From the NCBI GenBank assembly GCA_000934665.2, contig JYFJ02001343.1:1-64000 (forward strand): a stretch of DNA of 64,000 nt. Direction: 5' to 3'. The position numbers and the translations under genes are program-made. This stretch comes from Catajapyx aquilonaris (lineage: Eukaryota). Numbering within the stretch: the stretch's first letter is position 1; each line of letters starts with the position of its first letter. Below, piece by piece: positions 50,901 through 62,794 of the stretch. The notes under the pieces are model-generated. The model searched no databases. It saw only the letters and a program-made list of their open reading frames with translations, and was not told where the DNA came from.

Positions 50901-53900
50901 ATAATGCCTCTCTTCTTTATACAGACACGTCAATGACTCATCTTCATCAAGTTCGTCTCCAAAGAGCCAGAAGCACCCTAAAGCCCCTTCTCCTCCTAAA
51001 CACCACTCTACTGCAACTGCCACCCAGACAGATCCATCAGTGCCCTCATCTCAAACCCATCAAGCACAACTTTCCGGCAGGGTTTTAAAAGAAAGGTTTT
51101 TACTTTATTGGTTAACGCCTTCCTGAAATAAAATAGAAAGAGTCCTGAATGCATAGTATTAATGATAAGAGATAGATGTATTAACTGGGATGTCAATATA
51201 CTTTAATATATCAGTAATTGGTGGTACGTACTTTACATAATGCCTCTCTTTTTTACACAGACACGTCAATGACTCATCTTCAACAAGTTCGTCTCCAAGG
51301 AGCCAGAAGCGCCCTAAAGCCCCTTCCCCTCCTAAACACCACTCTTCTGCTACTGTAACTGTGTCAAATCCATCAGTCCACTCATCTCAAACCCAAACCA
51401 CACCCAAATCCACCACTGAATCTTCCGTTACTCCTGTGCCTACTTTCGAGCCTCTTACTCGACCATCAACCCCGACTCCCTGGCCAACCTCATCTCCTCA
51501 GCCAACCTCATCACCCCAGCCACTCTCACCCCCACATCTAACCTCATCTCCCCAGCCAACCTCATCCACCCAGCTAACCTCATCCCCCCAGCTAACCTTA
51601 TCCCCTGAGCCAACCTCATTCCCCCAGCCAACCTCAACCCCACATACCTCTGAGTCAGGATCAGTTTCACTCCCTTATTCCAACCTGCAGAGTGAAAGCA
51701 GTCCTATTGTAGATCCATGCTTGTCACAATTGGAATTTGGACAGACTTTCCCAACACCTCTACCAGCCAGGAGAAACTATTCAATTGGAGTCCAGACAGA
51801 GGTCCAGATCCTGAATGACAAGACAGATGGTCCCTCCAAGCCTGAGAAGAAAAAAACATCAGTGGCATATACACTCAATTATGATACAATGCAGGTTGGT
51901 AGTTATCAATCACCTAGGATAGAAAGAGATGAAGAAAGGGAAAAGGAGAAGTCAAGAGACAGGAAGAGGAGGAAGGCCCGAAGCAAGTCAGATGCAGCCA
52001 AGAGCAGGGTGAGGGAGCAGGTGCTGCAGCAGATTGGGAGGAAGGAAAATGAGATTACTCTACAGGTGCGCCATGTTTTTAAGACATAACATTGGGTTCT
52101 CACATAAAGCCAATGTACAGCCAACTCCGGATATGAGAGTCTCGGCTATATCCAACTTGAAAGGCTGGTCCGGCATACTACAACATTATGGCCTGTGTAT
52201 ACATGAATATGGGAAACCTCAGTTATAGGATACTGATTCCGTGGTCTCTTGAAGTCTCTCATATCCAGAATCGACTGTATCTGTGTTAGTTTTTTATGAT
52301 GCAAAATGAAAATTTTACTACTACCAATTTTCCACACTCATCCCACCTTCCAAGTGATGAATGAACTGAAAATTCACTACCATTATCAGTAAGAAGTGGC
52401 ATTTTAATCCATGCCTCATTATTTCTGGAAACAATTGTTGGATAATTATATTGTGACTTCCACAAATTTTTTCAATGGAAATAGGTTTGGGAGTGGACAA
52501 AATGGCACGTCCTGCAGGTGTAAGAATCGGCTATCAATTTTCCAAATGTCCTCAGAAATTGCACATTCAAAGGATCCAACATGTGTGAATTTGCAAGAAA
52601 CCTGTTTTGCTTATGGTGCTAAGAATTTAGATCAGCGCTTTCCAATCTTTTTCGTTGGTGACCCCAGAAAATTGTCTTGTAAAATTTGCGACCCCAACAT
52701 GAAAACAGTGGTAAACAGTGAAGAGTGTCAGTCAATGTCAATCATTGAAAACTATTATCGCGTATTTGAATTGTTCTGTAACTATCACCTTATGGACATA
52801 ATTTTTAAGAGAAATGGAATCATTTTGTTAAAATAATTTGTTACTCTCTTCCTCATGACCCCAAATATTAACTTTGCGACCCTGAATGGGTCGCAACCCA
52901 TGGTATGGGAAGCAGTGAATTAGAAGCATATTACAGTGTTTGCTTCATAGTGTCTAGAAAAGAACAGACAGACAGAGAAAAGTGAAAGCTTGCAATATAC
53001 TGTATGTTTCACCACCTGATATGCACAGTATTCTTAACTAATAATATTGTACAGTTTCACTTTTTAAGACTTCATTCAACTAGTTACTTCTGCAAGGGTG
53101 AAATTGAATTAACTGAATAAATTAGGTAACTATTACATGTGAAATTTCTTTTGTGTTTCTGAGTACTCCATTGAAGTCTAAGTGCTTGAGTTTTATTAAG
53201 TCCATTTACACACAGTTTCCAACTTCGCCAATGCTTGATCTTTGAACTTTGATTCCTTTCAGGAAGCACTTCGTCTCTTTCGTCCTGACTACCTTGATGC
53301 CACGCAGCAGCGAGAGATGCGTCTGAGGGCAATTGTTCAGCAGCGCAAAGAACGACAAGACAGAAAGCGACAGTGGCTGACCAAGAAGGCTGCAGGACTT
53401 TCCAAAATGAAAGGGTTCAATGGCAAAGCAGGGAATCAGATTGGGAGTCTTGGAATGTCTTTTTCCAAGTCAAAGAGTCGAGTTCTTACACGGGCAGAGA
53501 TGAGAGCTAGGACGGAAAATATGTACAAGAAGTTACCAGAGGTTGTGGGAAAGGTGGAAGAGAAGAAGGTGAAAGAAGCTCATGTAACCAATCGGCTCAT
53601 GGCTTCTATGTACAATAAGGTGAGTCTTGCTTTATTGATAGATATTGTAGATTATCTTGATGAGCAATTAGTGATGGAGATATGCCTGCACCATTGTCTT
53701 CACTGTAATGCTCCCCTGTGTGCCGAGCTTCTAATTTTAAAGCAAGACTTGAATTTGCCACTTGCAGAGCACTGTAGTACAGTATAATTATAACAACTAC
53801 AGTAAAACGTTGATTTAATGCTCCTACATATAACACTTTCCCTCTTTTAATGCCCCTTTTTCCGGTCCCCTGATCAGCCACTGGTAAATTTTCTTGCTTA

Positions 53901-55064
53901 GAACACTTCCCGCTTATAATATTTTCGAGCTCGGTTTCCCTGGCCCCCAGAGAAACTTATCCCGCATGTAACATCAAAAGGCGTGTTATGTGGCTTGAAG
54001 TTCACCCTGCTGGCTGAGGTTTGGTTGGGCGAATGTTGTGGCAATGATGAGGAGGCTTTGGTTAGCTGATAGACTTGCTGCATCATGGTAGGATGTGGCC
54101 TGAGGCCCATGGGGGACGGGCTGAGAGTAACTCAAAAGTAGGCTGGCAGTATGGGAGCGATGAGTCATTATTGACAACAAGCGAGGAATAACAGGAAATA
54201 CACTTTCCATGTACTTTGGATGTATGAGGGTCTTTGTGGGATTTTGCAAGGAGATGGGCCTTGTTACCAAGTGTTAAACCTGTCAACATGGCAGAGAGGC
54301 AGCTTTTGTGAACTGTGACCCTGGTTAGTCACTATTGTTTTGGGTACTTCAGGAGATACTTTTGGAGTCTATGTGGTACTGTATGTGGGCAGCAGGTCAG
54401 TTCAGGTTAATGTGGTTTATAAGCATCCATATACATAGCAACAGTGAAGGCATTCACTTCTTGAGAAAAGGGTGAATTAAATTGCATTTCCCACATACAG
54501 TATAACGCAGCTTTTGGGTGGACTCTTGAAGTTACTGGTAGACAGAGATCAGGAAAGAGCCTTTCTGTGCATGTGGCGTAGTCTGGACTCTTCGGCTGAA
54601 AAATTAGAAAATTTTCTGTACTCGCCAACATGAACTTCGACTTACGGAGACTGAAAATGCATCAATATCCCATTGTAAGGCCCTGCCTGCACTTCGAGTT
54701 TATGGAGAACTTCGAGATATAGAAATTTGAGTTAGGGAAGTTTATTTCCTATTATTTTACATTGTGACCAACCAAGCTCATCATTTTCTTCGACTTATAG
54801 AGAACATCAACTTAGGGAAGTTCTACTTATAGAAGTTTTACTGTATCTTATTAAGGAAGCTTGACAGGACTGATCCAACCTTTTGAAGGTCCTATAGCCC
54901 AAAGGACCTTCCAAAGGTTTGGTCAGCCCTGGAATAAAAAAACCCTGAAGATATGGAGGGCCCACTTTATCTTCTAATAATTTATATTGACCTTTTAGAA
55001 ATTGCAAGAGAGAGTGCTGAAAGGCCAAGTAAGTGTGTCGCACTTTGCCACTGTCCTCGTGTGA
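44929..55064 (+). CDS. ALMS1: ALMS-motif centrosomal/basal-body protein (ALMS1-like)
   Basis: Large Ser-rich exon 44929-47081 with RLEWDAAADVGY; exon 51261-52065; exon 53263-53619 with the ALMS motif (QEALRLFRPDY...EMRARTENMYKKLPEV...TNRLMASMYNK); last exon 54999-55064 KLQERVLKGQVSVSHFATVLV*. Confidence 0.85.
47454..50221. mobile_element. Non-autonomous fold-back DNA transposon, Academ(X)-like
   Basis: Termini T(G/A)GTCCCCGTGGTAC with an apparent 3-bp TSD TTC. Arms 47454-48757 and 49123-50221 are inverted copies. The decayed coding remnant GFHTFMGCNTVSFFGSKGK...IPPTRAALVQHLKRAVYQ resembles the XPG-like C-terminal part of Academ proteins. Confidence 0.75.
48283..48494. mobile_element. TA-targeting MITE nested in the left arm of the fold-back element
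   Basis: TIR ...GCGAGCATAAATATGGAGACGGCAGGCCCT; TA duplicated; absent from the right arm, which keeps the empty site GCAGGTACCTG. Confidence 0.85.
50225..51400 (+). repeat. ~337-bp tandem duplication of intron end plus exon start in ALMS1-like (four acceptor copies)
   Basis: ACAG|ACACGTCAATGACTCA... recurs at 50251, 50587, 50925 and 51261 with high identity. Confidence 0.92.
51484..51642 (+). repeat. Coding 18-bp minisatellite (PTSSPQ-like)
   Basis: Repeated CCAACCTCATC(T/C)CC(T/C)CAG units inside the ALMS1-like exon. Confidence 0.85.
52633..52917. mobile_element. hAT-type MITE (degenerate)
   Basis: CAGCGCTTTCCAA...TGGGAAGCAGTG termini, GCGACCC subterminal motifs and an imperfect 8-bp flank match. 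Confidence 0.6.
53800..54843. mobile_element. pogo/Tigger-type non-autonomous element in the last ALMS1-like intron
   Basis: TA-CAGTAAAAC...GTTTTACTG-TA. Confidence 0.6.
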
Positions 55065-55286
55065 GATGGATGATCTTCACTTTGGTAAGGTTTGTGCATA
55101 TTTATTTCTACTACAGTACTGAATTTTTAAAATTATGGAAGTCTTGATGCTCAGAATCTTGATTAGAATTATTACAACTGCCTGGTTGCAAAATTGGAGG
55201 AGTATTGGCACAACATCTCAAGAAATAATGCTTTAAAAATAAATAAACATAATCTAGTGCCAATTACTTATGTAACCACTTTGTAT

Positions 55287-55963
55287 GAGGGCCAGTCAGA
55301 AAATAAGTTTCGCGTTGCTACAGTTTCGCCGCCATGCGACGGTCAGGGTAAAGAAGTGCATGAGCAGATGCTTCAATTCTTCCAGTACTTTATAGGATGG
55401 ACAGGCGTAATCTTGCAGCCTATGCGCCGGTACGGCAGCCGTCGGATGAGAGCGAGTGGGAAGCCGAGCATGCTCGCCTATATGCTCCGGGAAAAGTCAT
55501 GTCAGACAGAGAGTGTTGGTCACATGGACTAAGGCAAAGGTTAGGACATTTGAGGACACTCAGTAATTTCCGTGGCTGGTTGTCCGGGTCTCTGGTTGTC
55601 CTTCAGGCTCGGGAGCTTACTTCGAAATTGCTGTCACCATATCGCCACACCATTATCTCAGACATGACATATACCCTCCAGTAGCCGTCGATGGATGTCG
55701 TATGTTGACCACTGGTAGCAAACATCTGCCCTAACTTCTGCCTTAGTCCATGTGACCTACACTTTCTGTCTGGCATGACTTTTCCTGGAGGCATATGGGC
55801 TCGGCTTGCCACTTGGTCTCATCCGATGGCTGCCGCGCCTGCACATAGGCTGCAAGCAAAGTACCAGAAGGATCGACGTATATGCTCATGCTCGTTTTTA
55901 CCCTCTATGTTGCATGGCGTCGAAACTGCAGCACCACGAAACTTATTTTCCGACTAGCCCTCG
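55287..55963. mobile_element. mariner-type MITE, largely palindromic
   Basis: (T/C)GAGGGCCAGTCAGAAAATAAGTTTCG...CGAAACTTATTTTCCGACTAGCCCTCG with long internal inverted similarity. Confidence 0.75.
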
Positions 55964-56375
55964 GACATTGATAATAATTTGAAGAAGCTTGAGTAGAGGC
56001 AAATCCATCATTTTGGAAGCTTCAGGTTCAATTTTCTAGTTTTGGTTACCCTTGTCCTTTACTTTTCTCGCAAAACAACCTTGCAATCGTCTGTAACATA
56101 TTGTCACAATGGCAGGGGGGTATTGATGCCAACATGACATCCTTTGACATGGGGGTGGGGGTTCTGCAAGCAGGGCACCATACTCAAGACCTCAAGTCAT
56201 GATATGATCATGCGTCTTAAAGAGTTGATCAAGGCACCAAGACTCAGGTGTTGAGAATCAAGTCTTGATTCTGCTTCAGAATTTGTGAATTTTATTCTCT
56301 GCCAGCACTGCCTGTTGGGTTGCCGTGTCTTAGTGTCATATAGCAACGACAGTTATGAAGTAAGCAGAAATAGTA

Positions 56376-56733
56376 ATAATAATAATAATAATAATCGGGT
56401 TAGTGCACCGCCCTAATTGGGCATCTGGCACGGTACCTTTATTTGCTTAAGATGTACAAGCTTTTACAAGTGGTCCTTTTCCGTAACGCCCGGATACTGC
56501 GAGCGAAGGGGGAATAAATAGGAGGGGATGTGCAAAGTGCAAGTGCAATGTCTCTAATTGGTCATTTTGTGAACTCCCCCGGGTGGCTTAGTCTGTCGGA
56601 AATTGCCACCCGAAATGAAGCCAGAGATGGCCCAACTCTGCACGGATAAAGGTGGGAACCCCGGGTGGGGATTGAACCCGGGACCTTAATATCCGTGGGC
56701 GCGCGCGTTACCGCGGCGCCACTTCATCTCCCT
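56376..56733 (-). mobile_element. tRNA-derived SINE (second family)
   Basis: A-box-like TGGCGCCGCGG, B-box GGTTCAATCCC, (TTA)n tail and a 15-bp TSD TAAGCAGAAATAGTA (56361-56375 and 56734-56748). Confidence 0.85.
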
Positions 56734-57350
56734 TAAGCAGAAATAGTATAGTACACCGACACACGCTGTTAGTTTGGTGTCATACTACTGGACTGCCAGC
56801 AGATCTCTGAATCGACATGCAACCCTCCAGGAAATTTTATTCTCAAGTGTTTGTGAGTAAAGAGCCAGCTGGAGGGCAGTGGTGGGGTATGCTGGGAATG
56901 GTATTGTAGGTAGAAATCTGTGATAAGGAATCTCCAGCAAGCTCATGAGTCACATGTGTTGAACACGTCCTTCAGGTTCAAAGATCCACTGGCTGTGCAA
57001 TGCTCTGCTGATGCATAGCTTCTCTTAACTGATGCTGGCATTGTTGTTAGGAGTGATAGCTGTGAAGGTTTCATTTCATAATTTAACAGTGTGCATGTAT
57101 TCTCTAACATCTAACTCATATCTGGCAATTGATTTGTTTCAGATGAAGTTTCAATGGATTTGCCTCAGTTGCTTGAGGTTGTGGCAGTTTATAGTAGCTT
57201 TATCTTGCCAAGAAACAAAGTGCAGATTAAGGTTGCATCATCATAGGTTTCTCTCAAAGCCCGCAATGGTACAAGCCTAAAGGACCATTTAAGTACAAAC
57301 CCATAGTTCTGTAAACCCATGCCCCCAGTTCAAGAGGGTTAGACAATATA

Positions 57351-57526
57351 CGAGGCCCGTACTAAAATTATTTAAAATCAATTTATTTGCCACAAATACA
57401 GTGGCCGTACAGGTTGGCAGATAGTCACACATTATAGATAGAATCCTCATGGAGCCGAATGCACTACCACCACAGGCAGATTTGTGGCAAAAAAATGAAT
57501 TGTAAATCATTTTAGTATGGCCCTCG
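57351..57526. mobile_element. mariner-type MITE
   Basis: TA-CGAGGCCCGTACTAAAA...TTTTAGTATGGCCCTCG-TA. Confidence 0.75.
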
Positions 57527-57793
57527 TAGATTGTATTTTATAAGCCAGTAACCAGCTTAAAAAGAAGTAACCCCTTGGAAGCAATAATCAGGGCCACAGT
57601 CACTAGTTGTGACTGTTGCTTCATTTTAATTTAGTTGCTGGGCTAAACAATTCATAAACTTCTTCTCTTACTCCCTGCTTGAACTGGGGACGTGGACACG
57701 GCATACTCCTGTGTTTCCCAATCAGTATGATTGGATAGTTCAGGAAAGTATTTGATGCATGAGACAGATTGAAATATTTTCATGTTGGGAGTG

Positions 57794-58937
57794 CAGGTTG
57801 AGAATCCCTTATCCAAATTCCAAAAACTGAAAATCTCCAAAATCCTCAAGTTTTTTTTAAAAGTGCTGAAATGACGCACCACAAATGGAAAATCCCATGT
57901 GAGTGGAATATGACTAGCATCATTACGTGTATCTGTATGTACACAAAATTAGTATTGTAACAATTTATATAAAACTACCCTCAGGATTTATGTATAGTCT
58001 CTATTGTGAAATGGAAATGGAAATCGTGTTGAGGGTATTTGTCCATTCCAAAGCTGACCCATTTTATAGATGCAAATATACGTGGGTTGATTCATAATTC
58101 ATTGCATGTATTTTTTTATTCAAAAACAGTAACACATACAGAGATGACCTTTGCTGAGTATTGAAGTTCCGGCGATTACAATTTTTGGTCTGGCATATAG
58201 ATGTCGCCCATATTGCAGGGGAGGCAGGGAAACAAAAGGGGATCGTGACACCCCCACCGCACCATCGCCCTAAGAAGGCCAGAGCCTGATGCGCTTGGAG
58301 CTGTTGGACGCTGCAGGCTGGACACTCAGAGAAGGACAACACTGGAGCTTGCTTTCGAGTGTGGGACGAGTCAGAGCACTATGCTTAGGACTCTGAAAGA
58401 CTGAAAGGTCTCAGGAAGTTGGCATCCTCATTGGTGTCTAACCATCCCGTTGAGGTGCAAAAGAGCCACCATTTTGCCTTCGCTTGGAACTCGATCACGT
58501 TGAGGGCGATGGTTTTTTCAAACAGTTTGTGACGATGGATGACACATGGCTCTGGCCATAGTAGTTCTCTGACTTGTCCCACATTTGAAAGCAAGCTCTA
58601 GTGTTGTCCATCTCCGAGTGTCCAGCATGCAGCATCCAACAGCTCCAAGCGCTTCAGGCTCGGGCCTTCATAGGGCGATGGTGCGGTGGGGTGGTCACGA
58701 TCCCCTTTTGTTTCCCTGCCTCCCTGGCGATATGGGCGACATCTATATGCCAGATCAACGTGTAATCGCCGGAGCTTCAAAACTCAGCAAAGATCATCTC
58801 TGTATGTGTTACCGTTTTTGAATAAAAAAATACATGCAATGACTTATGAATCAACCCATGTACAAATATTTCAAAATTTAAAACACATCCAGTCCAAACG
58901 AAGTCCAAAGCAATTTGGATAAAGGATTCTCAATCTG
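57794..58937. mobile_element. Tigger/pogo-type element with an internal inverted duplication and a transposase HTH remnant
   Basis: TIR CAGGTTGAGAATCCCTTATCCAAAT / ATTTGGATAAAGGATTCTCAATCTG-TA; 58073-58355 is inverted against 58586-58862; the centre (minus strand) encodes FQAKAK...FCTSTGWLD, resembling the CENP-B/pogo FxASxGWL motif. Confidence 0.7.
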
Positions 58938-59398
58938 TATTTAAATGCCTTGTTCATTACAGTTGTATTGCATTAATGACTGAAAGTGTGAGCTTCACAT
59001 TTTTGACATGCATTGTTTGATTTAGTATTGTTATTCAGTTACAGCATTAATGCATGCTGTTAATTTGACCATGCTGTCATCAGTATTGGAATTGTCTTTT
59101 TTGGACTAAAAACAGGGTTTATACCGCTATATGAATTGTCAAGGTAAGGTTGATATTGACATGCATTGATCTACTTTTGAACCTTGTGTTATGTATAATC
59201 ATTACATTCTGAGATTATATTTTGAGATCATAACTGTGTGAAGGAATAATTGTGAAGGGAGGAAGTGAAGTAGTCATTGCACATACTGTAATTATTAGTT
59301 ACCTTTAAAAGCCCATTTCAGACCATGCATCCAATGAGCATCCTGCCATTTAGTCCTTGCCTCTTGACACCTTTGGACACGTGAATTAGACTTTAGAG

Positions 59399-59677
59399 AA
59401 GTGTTTCCCAAGCTGTGGGTCATAACATAATATTTGGGGTCGGCAGGGAGGATAACAAATTATTTTCGCAAAATAATTAGCCATCTCTCATGAAAATTAT
59501 ACCCATAAGGTAAGTTACAGAACAAGTCAGATACTCGACAATAGTTCAACATGCTTTTCATTTCCACTGTTTACCTGTCTTTTCATGTTGGGGGATCAAA
59601 ATGTCCACAGCTGGAGGGTCACGAATTTTACTAGGCGAGTTTTTGGGGTCGCCAACAAAAAAGATTGGGAAGCACTG
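59399..59677. mobile_element. hAT-type MITE
   Basis: (A)AGTGTTTCCCAA...TTGGGAAGCACTG termini; near-perfect 8-bp TSD CTTTAGAG/CTTTACAG; GGGGTCGC motifs. Confidence 0.7.
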
Positions 59678-61960
59678 CTTTACAGCATATTCTAAATTAA
59701 GTGTCCAATGGTATCATCCCAATTTGCCCAACGAGTACACACACCAAACAATGATATTTTCCTGCCATAATACAAGCGCAATGCAATATATTCAGAATGA
59801 ATCATGACATTATTCAAATGGTCATACCTCAAGTCAACATTCCAGACGAAGGATTGTAGAGCTGATAACAGTACTTGCTTAACAAGCAGCTATTTTTTAT
59901 TATTGGTATGAAACTGATAACTGAAACACAATGCATGGCAGGTGATGAGGTGAATAGATACGGTGGGCAAGTATGTACAATGGGCAAAAATTTGTTGGGC
60001 AACTGTAATCGGGTGCATGTGCATTGGGCGAATTGTTATGGAATTGGGTCCAACACATGGCATCCAGCAAGCTGGAATCCTGGGAGATTTGTCGTGGAGG
60101 GGAGGAGCGAATGAGTGTTGAGGTGATTGAGGCCTTTCAAAGCTCAGGAGTTAGAAAATTCTGTGAGGCCCTTGAGCTGAGCCATCTTGAACCACTTCAG
60201 AACAAGTAGAACTGTGAGGTGGGATTCATGGAGCAGTTCAGGCAATGCTTCAAAGTCTTACACTTCTGCCACATGGAGAAGATGCATGGTCTGAAAGGGC
60301 TGTTTGTAGGAAAATTAGGGAAAATCTCCATTATGTATACTAGGTATACACAATACATTATGCAACCGAATTTGAGATTTTTTCTTTGTGTTCATACAAC
60401 TAGCCCATAAGCTCAAGTGAAATTCCCCTTTAGTAAAAAATTGATGAAATATTGTATAGTTGACCTTGTAGGCAGTGCAAATACTGCCAACACTGAGCTT
60501 GTAACACAAGCAACGTGTGCTTATGTAATTGTAATTACTGTAAACAGTATATTGATGTGATATTTCAAGGATTTTGGGAAAATGTAAGAAAATCAAATGA
60601 AATTATAATTATGCAATAAATATTGATAATAAACAGGCATATTAATGTAGATTACTACGTGGGGCAAATGTTACACAGGAAGAACCATTAATTTTAATAG
60701 CATAAAATGCCTCTCAAAAGTGAGGCAAGGCCACCGGAACATTATGGAACAAGTTCAAATCTGGCAAAACTGACATGGAATGACCCGCAATTATTTGGCG
60801 TGCGTTAAGTGCATGCAGGTATTCTGGAGCATTTGCTGATTGGATTGATAGAGCAGTGTGTGTAAAAAATATTGTCAGGATCATGTTTTTAATGGAAACT
60901 TTTCAGATGTACTGGTGATAATGAAAAATATTCTGATCCTACAACCATCTTAATTAGTGAAAGCTTACACAGGAAATGGTATTTCTTGAATGGGCCACTT
61001 CTTATTCAATATTGGAGTGGACCAGGCAGAGAAATTAATTTCTTGTGCCACATAGGAGTGTAAATAATGTGGTGACATTTACCTTTTTAGCTAGTTTCCC
61101 ACTAACACTAATCAATAAAACAATTACCATTTAGCACAATATTATTTCAGACACTTTCATGCACTTTTCTTATGGGAGAGTGTCAGTGATAGTACACCCA
61201 CAAATCCAATGCAGGTGCACAGCTCATGTAAAAAGTATCTTTTAACGAACATTTTATTTTCCTTTTGAGATTCCAATATTAAAGTACATAATGTACACTA
61301 AAATATATGTATATCTGAAATTCACTGGTTGCTTGCAAGGGAACATTGCGAAGTGACTACTCACAAACGCACATGAAATATGACAGCAAGTAAATCATGT
61401 TTATGCAGTACATGATAGACTTAACACTTCAAGTTGTGAGCATTAAAAAGACGCTGGCTTTTTCTGGTATCCTGAGCTATTGCCCCAAAAATTAAAACTT
61501 GAAATGGTAATTTTATAACACCACATGACCTTCAACAAGCATGCTGCTGTAAGTCCCATGGATTTTTTCTTCTCCAAATGTTTATTTTCAAAGTCAACTG
61601 GCTAGTGGTCACATGAATGCAAGAAGTCATGAGTAACCAACATCAACAACGGAAGCATTGCGCATGTGGGCATTTGTGGCTGTTGTCACTTTCATGGCCC
61701 CATGTCTGATGCTTTGTTGGATCTGACTGCACCCCAGCAGCATTTCAGGGATTGTGGAGCATAGAGTGTCTAGTAGGAACTGAAATGGGTTGCGAGTAAG
61801 GGCATTGGTACATAGCACATTAGAAGGGCTGAACAATGGTTAAAAATAATAGCAAGGGATCACTCCAAAGCTGGACTGAGACAGTGACCCTTATAGACAT
61901 CTGAAATGTCGTCGTATCGGATTTGACCGGAAAAACCACCCACTTCCATGTGTTTCATTA

Positions 61961-62442
61961 GGGCCATTCACATGTACCACACTGATCATTTTCCACCCGA
62001 AAATCGCGGTTGGGGTGTTCACACCTGCCCTTCCTCCACCCAATCGTGGTTGTGAAGTTGACTTGGGGAATCAGCTTGTAGAAGTTCACTGCCAGGTTTC
62101 CACTCCTGATGTCACTCCCCCCTCCAGACTGGTTCTTAGCCGAGCAACATAGCGGCTCTCTACTTGGCCCCATCTGCCCCTCGCTCTGCGGGCAGACCTG
62201 TGTAATAATGTAGATAGCATGCCTCCAGCCCTCCATTCTATTAGAGCCAGGCCTATCGTCGAGTCACCCATGCCTTTGGCCATGAGCCGAAGCGAGTAAT
62301 TTTTTTCGCCAGGCAGGAGGGCGTGCTTCCAGTCAACTACCAAAAATCACGAAAAGTACATGGCTCATGTGAACAGTCACCAAACAATCCGCGAACCAAT
62401 CATGGTTGAAGATTGAGGTTTTGTGGCATGTGTGAACGGCCC
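61961..62442. mobile_element. PIF/Harbinger-type MITE downstream of the SUFU stop
   Basis: TTA-GGGCCATTCACA...TGTGAACGGCCC. Confidence 0.6.
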
Positions 62443-62794
62443 TATTTATGACGCCACAAGAAACAGTACCAAAGGAATCGGATGAATAGGCAGGAAGTAC
62501 CTCTCTTTTGCGTGCATTTTAACTAGGTTAAACAGTAGGAATGTACTTTTTTAAAGAACTTGTAAAAGTTGAGTGCAAGATGGTGGCTTCACTAGTCTGT
62601 TTAGGCATGTGATTTACCAGCCATGTCAATTTCATGTCCACCTGTGAATAGCCCTTTCTAGACAACTTACGCAAAATGAGTTTTGAAATATATTATTTAT
62701 CATAAAATAGGTTTAGTAATAAACTCTGTTCACAACAGGTTAGACATCATTGAGGTATAAATGCAGTCTAAATTCACATCCTTTTCTTGGATTA

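Noticed and set aside
59875..60410. Short ORFs between ALMS1-like and SUFU
   Set aside because: No motif or consistent splice chain; likely UTR or intergenic.
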